Source of the DNA: Octopus vulgaris
Lineage: Eukaryota
DNA length: 64,000 nucleotides
Assembly (NCBI GenBank): GCA_951406725.2
Contig: OX597820.1
Span: 49,352,001 to 49,416,000 of the forward strand
Reading direction: 5' to 3'
The translations under genes and the position numbers were made by a program. Positions 42,497 through 55,913 of this stretch are shown here, piece after piece; position 1 is the first letter of the stretch, and each line of letters opens with the position of its first letter. The notes under the pieces were generated by a model. It ran no database searches and had not been told where the DNA came from. It saw only the letters and a list, made by a program, of their open reading frames with translations.

Positions 42497-42782
42497 TTAT
42501 TTTATTAGTCACAAGGGCTTACATAAAACAACATTGAAGGACAACACAAGACGACACAAAGGGTTTTACAACGTGTAAACATTTGAAAAGAATAAAAATA
42601 ATTAAACAATAATCTCCCTTCTTATATCATTTCTTCTCAGGTGTATGCTCAGAATTGGTCCATTTACACTGGTCATTCTTCCACCATTTAACCTTTCAAC
42701 ATTCCACCTTCCAACAAACTTCCTAGAAGGCAACTCTTCCCTCTCTACCCTCATCTTCATCTTCAAGTGAAACTTGAAATGA
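42497..42782 (-). mobile_element. Third copy of the L1/Tx1-type 3' end
   Basis: Minus-strand FKFHLKMKMRVEREELPSRKFVGRW matches FKYHLKRKVRVEMQVLSSECFKKRW of the 12730 element; it ends 'gcccttgtgactaataaa' versus 'gccctgtgtggctaataaa'. Confidence 0.75.
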
Positions 42783-43287
42783 TAATAACAACAACAACAA
42801 CAATAATAATAATAATAATAAATGGTAATAATAATAACAGTGGGGCCACAGCTTGGCCGCAGCTCAATGACTGAATCAAGTAATAAATGACTGAAGCAAG
42901 CAAAAGAAAAAATAAATGAAATCTGAAGAGAATATATATAAAATTATAAAAATATGAAGAGAATCTAAAACTGATAGCTGGAAATCCCACACTTGCAAAA
43001 TTGTGCGTGACTGACGTGACAAACGAATAAAATTTAAAGTCTGTTAATCAAATTCTTAATTGTCCAATTCCCTGGATAAGCCGTTAGTTCGCAACAACGG
43101 AGCGATCACTGCGTCATATCATATTTTGTTCAAACACACACAATATACGCAATTACCAGCGACCACACCTCAACCATTACAATAATAACAATAATCCTTT
43201 CTACTATAGGCACAAGGCCTGAAGTTTTGAGACTGGGGCCGTCTAGTTGATAACATCGACCACAGTGCTTATAGTAGAAAGCATTAT

Positions 43288-43490
43288 TGGCAGAATCGAT
43301 AGCATGCCGAACAAATTGCTTACCGGCATTTCGCTCGTCTACGTTCTCAATTCAAATTCCGCCAAGGTTGACTTTGCTTTCCATCCTCTCAAGGTCGATA
43401 AAATACGCACCAGTCCAGTACAGGTGTCGATGCAATCGACTTTTACCTTTCCCTCGAAATTGGTGCCCTTGTACTAAAATTTGAACCCAT
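43288..43490 (+). mobile_element. SINE family A (preceded by an inverted tail fragment at about 43194-43270)
   Basis: 'ggcagaatcgatagc...ttcaaattccgccaaggttgactttgctttccatcctctcaaggtcgataaaa'. Confidence 0.8.
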
Positions 43491-43549
43491 TATTATTATT
43501 GTTGTTTTTTGTTGTTGTTGGTGGTGGTGGTGGTGTTGTTTTTGTTGTT

Positions 43550-44005
43550 GTTTTTTCCTTCTCCCATTTCTCGCCGAGTGTTTTCCGTACACCAAGGGCA
43601 GAGAAGCTCATTGTATGCATTCCCAGATTACACACGCAAATTCACAGGTAAAATATGTATTTAAAAAAAATTAATAAACAAATAAATTCATGAATGGATA
43701 TTGTTTTCACAATGATAATGCTCTTCTCAGTACATGAGTCGTTCTAGTTAATACGATTTTTTGCACTTCCTGTAGGGATGGTAAGCCTGGTATCATTTTC
43801 AAATAGGTTTCAGTACCTTTTTTTTTATCATTCCTAGAGATCCTACAATCGCTGGTACTGTAGTCGCCTTGAGATGCTAGATTTTTTCCATTTCAATTAG
43901 CAAGTCTTTATATTTACTGATATTGTCAAATTCTTTCGTCGCTATATTGTGATCGCAAGGAATACATATGTCAATTAATAAACACACCTCTTTTGTCTGA
44001 TCTTT

Positions 44006-44010
<5 letters not shown>
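43550..44010 (-). mobile_element. R4/Dong-clade retroposon 3' fragment (restriction-like endonuclease C-terminus plus 3'UTR)
   Basis: Minus-strand IIKDQTKEVCLLIDICIPCDHNIATKEFDNISKYKDLLIEMEKI*HLKATTVPAIVGSLGMIKK...LQEVQKIVL..THVLRRALSL* fits the R4/Dong RLE pattern (CLLID..P.D.NI..KE..K..KYKDL...P..VG.LG). Confidence 0.85.
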
Positions 44011-44320
<310 letters not shown>

Positions 44321-44334
44321 AAACATTTGCAAAT

Positions 44335-44528
44335 GGCCAAAATGCTTCAAGGCATTCTGTCTGCCTCCATGTTCTGAATTCAATTTACGCTGCGGTCGAT
44401 TTTGTCTTCTTTCATGCTTTTAGGATCAATAAAGTAAGTACCAGTTGAATACTAGGCGGATGTAATCAACCAGAGCCCCCCCCTCCTCCAAAAGTTTCCG
44501 GCCTTGTGCCTATAGTGGAAACGATTAT
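44335..44528 (+). mobile_element. SINE family A
   Basis: 'aaatgcttcaaggcatt...gttctgaattcaattt...ggtcgattttg...aagtaccagttgaatactagg...ggccttgtgcctatagtggaaacgattatt'. Confidence 0.7.
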
Positions 44529-44944
44529 TTGCTGCTGCTGCTACTGTTGTTGTTGTCGTCGTCGTCGTCGTCGTCTTCTTCTTCTTCTTCTTCTTCTTCT
44601 TCTTCTTCTTCTTCTTCTTCTTCTTCTTCTTCTTCTTCTTCTTCCTCCAATCAAGACTCACGCCATTAGCCACAAAGAATAATCTCTAATTCGAGCCTAC
44701 TCAAAGCTACTAAGAATGCATGTGGCAACTTGAAGATCCACCTAGCACACGCGATAGACTGGCGGTTACACGGGCGCGAAAGCTACGTTGTTATCTTGAT
44801 TCTGTAAACGGTGGCTTCTAACGGGTGGAGCGCTGAACCATCCTAGGGTACCATCCTAGGGTACAGAGGATTCGCAATCTAGACTAGGGTCTGAAAGTTT
44901 AACACACCATAGTGGGTTACACCATGGTTCCTCTGCTTTGTGGT

Positions 44945-45139
44945 AGGAGTAGGAATAAAGAGTGAGAGAAAGTTGTGGTGAAAGATTACAGCGGAGTTTA
45001 TCACCACCCCACGCCGGAGCCTCGTTGAGCTTAGGTGTTTTTGCTCAATAAACACTCACAATGCCCGATCTGGGAATCGAAACCGCGTTCTTACGACCGC
45101 GAGTCTGCTGCCCTAACCACTGGGCCATTGCGCCTCCAC
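44945..45139 (-). mobile_element. SINE family C, 5' two-thirds
   Basis: Reverse complement 'gtggaggcgcaatggcccagtggttagggcagcagactcgcggtcg...ttctctcactcttt' aligns with about 29660-29840. Confidence 0.85.
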
Positions 45140-47826
45140 TCGGTTGTTGTTGTTGTTGTTGTCGTCGTTGTTTACGAAATGTGTACAAAGATTAATGCTT
45201 TAATGTGATCTACTTAAACAAAATGTAAACCTGTTTATTAACGTCGATTTTTTTTCACTAGTATCATCACCACAGAGTCCGACATAACCATTACCGTCAT
45301 CGTCGTCTTCGTCTTCGTGGTCATCATCATCATCATCATCATAATCATCATCGTCATCGTCGTCGTCGTCGTCATCATCATCATCATCATCATCATCTCA
45401 ATCATTATATTGATTGACGTAGAGAACTGGGAACCGAACGAACAACAGGTGTCCCTATTTACAACTAACTGACTACGTATTTTACATTTAATCAATAACC
45501 GCCATTCTCTCAATGTATTGCAAACATTTACCGCAATATTTACCCCTTTATTGTTCCCTCATGGGCATTCTCTTCTCGTTTTCTCACCAACTCATTTCCC
45601 TGCCTCGCGCCCATGCACATTGTATACGAGTAAGCGTGTGAGCTTTGAATATGGTCTCTTTTATTTCAGTAAACACTTAAAATTTTCAACTGCGGTCATG
45701 CTTTTGATTGTTACAACACACACACACATACAGACACACACATGCTTATACGTACTTGTGTGTATATATACATACGTATATACATACATAGTTATATTAC
45801 ACACATGCATGCACACATCATCATCATCGTACATGTATGTATGCATGTATATATATATATATATATGTCTGTGTGTGTGTGCGTCTGTTATGTGTGTGTA
45901 TATATTTGTTTGTATGTGTGTATGCGTGTATGTGTATATGTGTGTGTGGACATATATGTGTGTATGTGTGTATATATATGTGTGTGTGTATATATGTGTA
46001 TGCATGTGCCTCTGTGTGTATATGTGTGTACGTAAAAGAATTTTTTCATCCAATTGTCAGAAGTGTGAAAAAAATTCGAAGAATATAAATGTTTTCCAGG
46101 CAGTTATTTACATCTCTTTACGTTCTGACTTCAAACACTGCCGAGGGCAACTGTTCTGCCTTTATCTTTCTGGGATCGTTTAAATAAATCACCGAGCAAT
46201 ACAACGCCCAAATCGTCAGAGCATAGAACAAAAATGCGATTTTTGTTACGGATCCATACACACTGATTTCAAATGATGACGAGTTCAACTTCACCTTTTA
46301 TCCTTTCTCAGGATCGATAAAATAAAGTACACACCAGTCCAGGATTGGCAGGATTATTTGCTCATTGGACGAGGTAATACCTTGTGATTTTTGTTGTAGT
46401 TATTTGTGCTGAAAATTTTTGAGTAGAAAGATTAATCCATTGCGCTTTCGTCCTTGACTATATTTTGCGGAATACACTTTATTGTAAGGATTCTAAAGTG
46501 TGTCCGGTTTGCGTGTAACTTCTGCACTTCCTCTAACAGCAAGAGAAGCACAAAGAGAACAATGTATGGTCATGCGCACTGTCCTTTACAGGTTCACTGA
46601 AGAATAAACGTAAATCTCACCAATGTTATATATTATCAACTAATCAATGTATGTGTATGCGTTTGTGCGTGACAATGTAAGTGTGTGTGTGTGCATGTGT
46701 GTTCACCTGCGTATGTGCGTGTGCATGTGTATATAGGTGCATGTTCGCTGCATGTATTTTCCGATTTAACATGTTTAATTACTCTTTAACTCTTACATTT
46801 GTTTCTGTCACCAAACTGTGATTATACCTGAGAACGGTCATCTTGAATTGGACGAAAAAACTGACCCCAATTAAATCGATAGCTTTTATAGAAATGCTAA
46901 CTTACACAGACGTAAACAAACTAACATGAATTGTCAAACCGTTAGGGATGAATCAACAAAGACACACACACGCACATACACACACACACACATTAATAAT
47001 AACTATAATCCTTCGATGGAATTTATAAACATTTAATGCATTGCTACGCGCGTTTCACAAATCCCATTTCTCTTAAGATCACAGTCCGTATTACTGAGAT
47101 GATTACAGAGTAGACCGTAGCATCCGTGGGCATCGAGTAGATCATCAACAAGGATTCGTTTCTTCAGGCTATATAATATTAACGGATATTTACCGGAGCG
47201 ATATTTATCTCTTTTGACCAGTATAAAGGTTGGTTGAGTTATACATATATATATACATATATATATACATACACACATATACATGCATATATATATGGAT
47301 ACATACATATATGCATACATACATACATATTAGTCTCTTTCGTTGCACACATGGGACCATCGTACATCTTTCTTTTCCCCACGTGATCGTCTTTCTTTCC
47401 TTTCAGGGCTGTCCTGGAGGCTGGACGTATCTTATCTAACCCCCTCTTCTATCTTTTCACTTCTCAAAGAAAATATATCCCCAGCGTTTGCTATTTTACC
47501 CTAATTCTGGTCTAACGATCCTCCATTTTTGTTTTCGTTCGGTTTCCTTGTATGTCAGTACTGCCCTGTTTTTGTCCCCGAATTTGATCCTCCATAAATC
47601 CCAAATTTTATTTTAGTATTTCAGGGAGCAACTGTTTTCGAAGACTCATATTGTCGTTTAATGCTCGAAATGAAGAGTAGATAGGCAACCAACAATTGAT
47701 GAAAGTTCGTTCTTTATGCTACTTGTTCTGCTTTCCATTTGTTTCTCTCGTTGTTTGCGTATGCAACTCATTTGTTTTTGTATTTCATGTTGTTTACTGT
47801 TTGAGACGTCCTGTACCCATATATGA

Positions 47827-47941
<115 letters not shown>

Positions 47942-48149
47942 CTTTTCGAGTCTGCTATAATGAATCCATAAACATATATAAACCATCCAAGGGTATATTC
48001 TTTTCCTATCTTAAGATATTATGCTCATGTCATTTAAACATAAATTTGATATTTGATGAATATTTACTGAGTATTAAATGAAATAGCTGTAAATGAAGAT
48101 GACTAATTTGCTGTTAATACACACACACACACACGAACATACATATTTA

Positions 48150-48300
48150 CATGACTGGATTCTTTCAGTTTTCGGCCAGCAAATCCACTTATAAGCCATT
48201 TATCGGCTTAGTGCTATAGTAGAAAACATTTGCCAAAGATGTCACGCCCTGAGACCGAATGCAAAACCATTTGTTTGCGCAGCGACGTATTTAACCACTC
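48150..48300 (-). mobile_element. Decayed SINE family B, 5' half
   Basis: 'ttctttcagttttcggccagcaaatccact...gctatagtagaaaacatttgcc'. Confidence 0.6.
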
Positions 48301-48411
48301 TCGGCTAAAATGCCAACAGCGGTATAGCGATTTCAAATTACTCTTGTTTACACCCGTCCTTCCATTAACTTAAAACTGTGTCCAAATTACAAGATGTACT
48401 AGTAGTAACTG

Positions 48412-48442
<31 letters not shown>

Positions 48443-49069
48443 TAGTAGCATGTTCCTAAAAGTAGTAGTAGTAGTATGTTCCTAAAAGCAATACATACAT
48501 TCTCCTTATGCACAAGATCCAGGATTCAATCCCACTGCATGACATAGAAAAATGGTATTTCTCTATTCTGAAGACGTCTTATACTTTGTGAAGCTGTATA
48601 TTTTCTCGTCGGGTGAATTGTAACATTACTGCAAATGGGTCAACATGGTTGCACACTGTGTCATGCGGATACATACGAGCAGACAACCTTTACTAAGTTG
48701 ATATGATATTTTCATTAAATACACATCGAGATTATTATCGTTTCGTTATTTATTTCTATGCAACAATAGCACGGTTTTTAAAATTTTTTTTTTTTGTTTT
48801 TTATTTGGTGGGTTGTTTTTTATTATCTAACTTCATATATTTTCGGCTTTCCTTGTTTTGCTTGTGTGCTTTCGATTCTAATACGTACACACCTACATCC
48901 ATCTATCCATACATACATCTATCCATACATACATACATACATACATACATACATACATACATACATACATACATACATACATACATACATACATACATAC
49001 GTACGTACATACATACATAGATAGAGACACACACATATACATGCATAAATACATACATGTATACATACA

Positions 49070-49277
49070 TACGAGGCAGTGCTGAAAAGTTCCTGATTTG
49101 AGCTAAAGGAAAATGCAGGAGGATCATTTAATCATGACTTTATTCAATATATTCCCATCTCAGATTCACCCACTTATTGCAGCGGTACTTCAGTTTTTCT
49201 AAGTCCTCTCAAAGAATTCGGAATTTTGGGCCTCCAACCAGACCTTAAAGCCAGGAACTATTCAGCACCCCCGAGTA
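49070..49277. mobile_element. Mariner-type MITE with ~28-bp TIRs and TA flanks
   Basis: Left 'TA cgaggcagtgctgaaaagttcctgattt'; reverse complement of the right end 'TA ctcgggggtgctgaatagttcctggcttt'. Confidence 0.8.
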
Positions 49278-49295
49278 CATACGTACATTAGAGAT

Positions 49296-49326
<31 letters not shown>

Positions 49327-49338
49327 CGATCACGCAGC

Positions 49339-49370
<32 letters not shown>

Positions 49371-49717
49371 AATACATGCACTTATAGTTACACTTAATTA
49401 AGTTGTCTCTGCTTCTGTATACTCATGATATGTTTTTTTTTCATTGTTTTTTGGAGAGTTTGTTTCTGTTAAACACTGAAAAACAAACTTATATTGGAAA
49501 ATCTATTTGTGTGTTTTATGTGTGTTCATGGGTCTGTGTATGTGTGTGTGTGCGTGTGCGTGTGTATGTGTGTGTATACACGTCTGTTTATATATATATG
49601 TATATATATGCATGTATATATATATATGTGTGTGTGAGTGTGTGTGTGTATCCTCGAGGGAGAGAGAGTGCATGAGTAAGAGATTTCATGCATGTGCTTG
49701 TTTGTGTACGTGCACGC

Positions 49718-49748
<31 letters not shown>

Positions 49749-50263
49749 TGTGCGTGTGTTTGTGCGTGTGTGGTTGCTATAAAGAGAGAGATAACGAAGA
49801 GAGTCTCGTACGCATATAGAGCTGGTGCGTAAAAATATCTATTTGTATGAAATATGCTCTATTCCAGATTAAACTTTCTTTATTTTTAATTGAAAATACA
49901 AACACAACCGAGAATTGCAACCGGCGTTGCATGATAAGAAATTCGCCTGGAAACTGTCCACTTTTTTTTTATCTCGTACAAGACACCCCAATAATTAGAA
50001 ATGGACAGTGGCACTCTATACGAAAGAAACGAAGAAAATCAATAGCATAACATAATCTGCCAAAAAGAAGTTACGTGTGGACGATATATTCGCGAATTTG
50101 TCATATTTTATTTGCCAACGAAATCATCTTTGCGGTCACTGGCCTCTCAATTAAGACAGACACGCGTACTCAGATATACAGACACGTACACATAGAGTCT
50201 TATTTCATAGATAAAGACCAGCTTGCTAGCTAGGTAGATAGACAGATAAATAGACAGACAGAC

Positions 50264-50600
<337 letters not shown>

Positions 50601-51162
50601 ATACATACATACATAGAAATATAGATAGATAGACAGATAGACAGAGAGGCAGGCATACAGACAGGCGGACCTAGATAGGTATGTATGTATGTAGTATGTA
50701 GGTAGGTAGGTAGGTATGTAGGTAGGAAGGTGATAGATACATAGAAAGACACAGGTGTAGGTAGATAGATAAGATCGACAGATAGGTTGACGATTAAATA
50801 GACAGACAGACTGGCCAATAGACAGATAGACAGAGAAATAGATAGAAAGATAGATAGATAGGCAGACAGACGGGTAGATAGGTAGATAAATAGATAGATA
50901 GATTACCATGCGAATGCGGACACTGACTGAGATGCACGAAGAATACGCGTATATCATTTGACCACATCTACATACGTGTCTATGAGGTAGGTTTTAGCGA
51001 CAGTACTGGAGATGTCCAAAATGCCTACTTCATTTTATGGATTTCTATTTAAGACCTAATTGCAGCATGAACACACACACATGTACATGTACACACGCGC
51101 GCGCGAGAGAGCGCAAGCTTGTACCTCTTGTTCTACGATGAGTATACAATGTTCAGTTGACT

Positions 51163-51890
51163 GGTCCTTAAGGTTATAAAGAACCATACTGATCTCAACA
51201 AGAATGAGAAAAACCGTTGTAAGTGCCAACTAGAGATTTCATTACTTTCGTGCGCTCAGGTCAGCAGATCCATTTCAAGAAGAACAAGAAACTTCCTGTG
51301 AGAGATGAAAAGTGGAACAGCTATTGGGTGGTGACTGTAGATTTATCAGGGTGCCAGGGACTCTTTCGCATCCCAGTTACGAAGAAAACCGAGCAGTTTA
51401 ATGTGGTGTGAAGGAAAGAAAGTTGTATATCTGGTCGAGTTAACGATTCCTCATGAAAATAACATGGATGCCGCTCGGGCTCGAAAGATTGACCGTTATG
51501 TAAACCTCCTCGAGGAATGTGAAGACGCAGGCTGGAAAGCGGAGCATTTTCCAATCGAAGTCGGATGTAGAGGGTTTGCTGGACAGAGTGCGAAACGGCT
51601 GTTGATATCGTTAGGTCTAACTCATCGTAGGTAAATACCACCATGACCGATATCCAAAGTACAGTGGAGAGGGCTAGCCACTGGATTTGGTTAAAAAAAG
51701 ACAATGAACGATGGCTAGAGAGATATTGAGCTATATTTAATGACCTGTTGCTCTAGCAAGCGGGGCCTCATATCAGTGAGTGGGGTGGCTGGTGTGCATT
51801 GATGCCGTCGAGAGATAGGTCCCGAAACGATGAGCATTCTCTCATGATAACCCCATGCACTTGCTAGCTTCCGGAAGGCAGCGTTCTCAA
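51163..51890 (+). mobile_element. HERO-clade (R2 superfamily) retroposon 3' fragment: restriction-like endonuclease and 3'UTR
   Basis: Frameshifted ITFVRSG...W.VTVDL / WCEGKKVVYLVELTIPHENNMDAARARKIDRY..L.EECEDAGW....PIEVGCRGF / VERASHWIWLKK matches the HERO RLE pattern (ELT.P.E.....A..RK..KY; P.EVGCRGF; AE.AS.W.W.KR). Confidence 0.85.
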
Positions 51891-52250
51891 CTGGTAGCAC
51901 TTGCATGTACAAGTTGCTTGCAAGACATTTACGACACCTGGAAGTTGCGAGTATTCCACAGGTACATAACTGTAAGTCAGAATCCGCATGACACAGTGCG
52001 CAACCATGCTGACCCATTCACAGTAATGTTACAATGCAACCAACGAGAAAATGTACAGTTTTACAAATTACAATACGATTTCAGAATAGAGAAATGACAT
52101 TTGTCCATGTCATGCAGCGGGATTGAATCCTGCATCTTGTGTACAAAACAAACTTCTTAACCATTCGGTCAGCCTTTTCCCTACATATACATATGTGTGC
52201 GTGTGTGTGTATGCATACATATATTTGTGTTTATAAATACATGCATATAA

Positions 52251-52285
<35 letters not shown>

Positions 52286-52389
52286 GGCTTGCAGTCGGCA
52301 GGTGGATGTCTCCGGGATCGTTCGGCAGGATGCCCGAGACGTCAGCCTAAGACGCCGTCAGCCCGGCGGGTGGCCGCCGCCTTCAGAAT

Positions 52390-52452
52390 CTAAAGGCGGT
52401 ACTCCAGCATGGCCGCAGTCAAATGACTGAAACAAGTAAAAGAGTAAAAGAG
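52390..52452 (+). mobile_element. SINE family B 3' tail
   Basis: 'ctaaaggcggtactccagcatggccgcagtcaaatgactgaaacaagtaaaagagtaaaagag' matches about 61125-61186. Confidence 0.85.
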
Positions 52453-53461
52453 TATATATATATATATACATATGTGTGTGTATATATATTTATTATACAT
52501 ACATATACATATATATATACATATATATATATAGAGAGAGATAGTATATATATATATATATGTGTGTGTGTGTATGTGTGTGTGTGTGTGTGTCTACATA
52601 CATACAGACGCAGACAGACTAACAGAAGTAAAAATTGGTGTAAGATTTTGTAATGTGTTGTTGGAAACATTTGAAGTGTTTTGGCAGATCTTCAAGAAAA
52701 ACAATAGCGGACGTAAATTTTCCGATCGATTAAATGTTAAGAGTTATCGTACAACTAATGATAGTGCAACGATAAATTGACGACGATGACGACGACAGCG
52801 ATGACGCTAGCAATGATAATAGCGACTAAGATATCTACCGTTACGATCCATACAATAAAAAAGGTCATACTAAAGAACAACGATCACGATTAGTCATTGA
52901 ATAGATATTGCAAGTTAAAGTATAGAAAGAGGAAATAACACCGAGAAGCGGGGGCCCCCAAACTTGGGGAAACCTAGCACATGTTGAACCGTGTCGTATC
53001 GTGCCAATGTTCATATTACCCTGACATTCTCATGACTTGTGCCTCTTCCCAGTACTTGCCGCTCGCCTATTGCTCTCTCTTTTGTGCCACTATTATAATA
53101 AGTTCCGTTTTTCGGAATTTTGTATTCCCGTGTCCCGCGTTATTCCAACTTCTTTCATTTTTGCTGCGTTCAACTCCACACAGCATTACACCAAGTCCTT
53201 TTGCTCTAAAACATCGGCCATCTTCCGTCTTTTCCTTGCTTACGTTTTTCTTTTATTCTATAGGCATTTACCTGCAGTATTTTAACCATAACATTTTCGG
53301 CATTAACCTTAACGGTCTTGATTGACCACCTACTAAGATGTACGTGTGTACTCTTTATGCACTAAGTATCTATATAAATGGATCTCTTATACTGCTAATA
53401 ACGCATTATTCGGTATTAAAGTAGAATATCCATGTTATGTTGCTACAAACATTTCCTATAT

Positions 53462-53497
<36 letters not shown>

Positions 53498-53559
53498 ATC
53501 TATATTAATCTCTCTCTCTCTCTCTCTCTCACTCCGTCTGTCTATCTCTCTCTCTCTCT

Positions 53560-53591
<32 letters not shown>

Positions 53592-53598
<7 letters not shown>

Positions 53599-53969
53599 GA
53601 CAATGTACATTTAAACACCACATAAGAGGTAACCATCATAGAATACCTGGCTCGTTAGAAGGGATAGCCAAAATCCAAACCACTATTAGGGATAAATTCA
53701 GAAGAGAATGAAAAATAAAACATTTACCATCTATCTGGACTATGGTTTCTGGCTCTATATTAGCAAATAAAATACTATTTTATTCTATTTTATTTGCTAA
53801 TATAGATTAAGAAACCATGGTCCAAGAGATAAATGGTAAAAGTTTTTATTTTTCATTCCCTTCCAAATTTATCCCTAATAGTGGTTTGAATTTTGGCTAT
53901 TCCTTCTAGCAAGCCAGGAATCCTATGATGGTTACCTCTTATGTGCTTAAATGTACACTGTATTTATAT
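53592..53969. repeat. Long inverted repeat: ~183-bp arms with an 11-nt spacer
   Basis: Arms 53592-53774 and 53786-53969 are reverse complements at about 85% identity by hand alignment. Confidence 0.95.
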
Positions 53970-54066
53970 GAATAATATATAATCTATTGACTAATTTTTC
54001 TACACGCTAGGCCACTAAAAGTAAAAATTTCTTAATCTTTTTGTTATTCTGATATTTATATATATG

Positions 54067-54122
<56 letters not shown>

Positions 54123-54830
54123 CATACATACATAAATACATGCATACATACATACATAAATAAATACATGCATACATACATGCATAAATACATACATACA
54201 TACATACATACATACATACATACATACATACATACATACATACATGCATACATACATACATACATACATATTTAACAGTGACTGTTTGACCTCTCTCGAC
54301 AGACAGCACCTTAAGGTTTCTCTCTCTCTTTCTCTCTCGCTCTCTCTTTTAAATTTTGTTGTATTTACACAGCATTTCGTAAGTTGTTTTTGTTTGTGTA
54401 GTTCGGATTTAATTAGGTAACTCAGGGAAATATTTATGTATGAAACGGCATAGGGAGGATAAGTAGAAAATAAGGGGTTTTAAGTTGTGCGTTGATTGAA
54501 AGGTACGTCGAAGCGGTTTCTTTCGTATTATTATCCCCCGAAACATTAGAATCTCTTCTGCTTTTTCTAGCGCCATTGTACACTTCCTACATTGTTATTT
54601 TTTCGCTTAATATTTCTCTGTTATATTTCAATCCCCTTCTTCCCATTGTCGGATTCCGTGTATTACTTATTTGCATTGTTTTTGATACATAATCGTAGTT
54701 GTAATTTTAACTATCTACCTGTGTATCTCACTTTGTATCTCTTTTCTTGGTTATCTAGCAAAATATGTAGATATTGATATAATTAGGCAAATCGATAAAT
54801 AGACAGGCAGACAGACAGAGAGAAAGATAT

Positions 54831-55056
<226 letters not shown>

Positions 55057-55645
55057 TTGATTGATTGATTGATGCAGAGAGAAAGACAGAGTCTGATATA
55101 GATTCATTTGATAAATGCAATGTACGAAACTCCCGGTCCTTGAGTCACTTTGTAACTTTATACCAATTGGAAATATTAAAAGTGCGTATGCTTGTAAGTA
55201 TATACATATATGTATGTAAGGATATATATTCATTAAGAATGAAATTTAAGCTGCACTCACCAAACTTCTGAACGTCGTTTTATACTCGATGTAATATTTA
55301 ACCAGAATTAGAAGTATGAAAGTATCTCTTACCTGAAAATATAAAAATATAGAAAATTCATTAGAAAAATATGATTAATTCATGGTTATATTATTGACAT
55401 ATCGTACAACAGTAACTACATCAATGTATGGTGATTTGTAATTTGATATTCAGAGAACTTAGGACTTAATTGCAGCACGAGCGTGTGCTCGTGCTTCAGT
55501 TAAGTCTTACATATTTAAAAGTTTATCTTTTTCATACGCTGTCCACTTCATCAGCCTCCTAATATATACATTCAGACGCAATATATACACATAGACAAAC
55601 ACACACGTGCACACTCACATACCTACACACACATATACAGACATA

Positions 55646-55700
<55 letters not shown>

Positions 55701-55868
55701 CGGGAAAGTTTACGAAAATAAGCAAAAGACGAAGGCAGGTGGAGTACAAACAAACAAATGTATTAGTATAGCGCTCAGGAATAGAAAAAGTATTTTACGT
55801 TTCGTGCCTACGCTCTTCGACAGAAAGATACACAGAAAAAAAAAAGGAGAGAAACAAGGAGAGAAAAA

Positions 55869-55913
<45 letters not shown>

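Noticed and set aside
46468-46507. Hairpin cggaatacacttta/taaagtgtgtccg as a miRNA candidate
   Set aside because: Only about 13 bp with no lower stem.
47335-47820. Possible Penelope-like segment with a decayed hammerhead (also about 54505-54550)
   Set aside because: Core motifs are too degenerate to support from this sequence alone.
51401-51634. Stand-alone nuclease gene
   Set aside because: It is a frameshifted fragment of a HERO retroposon ORF that continues in other frames on both sides.
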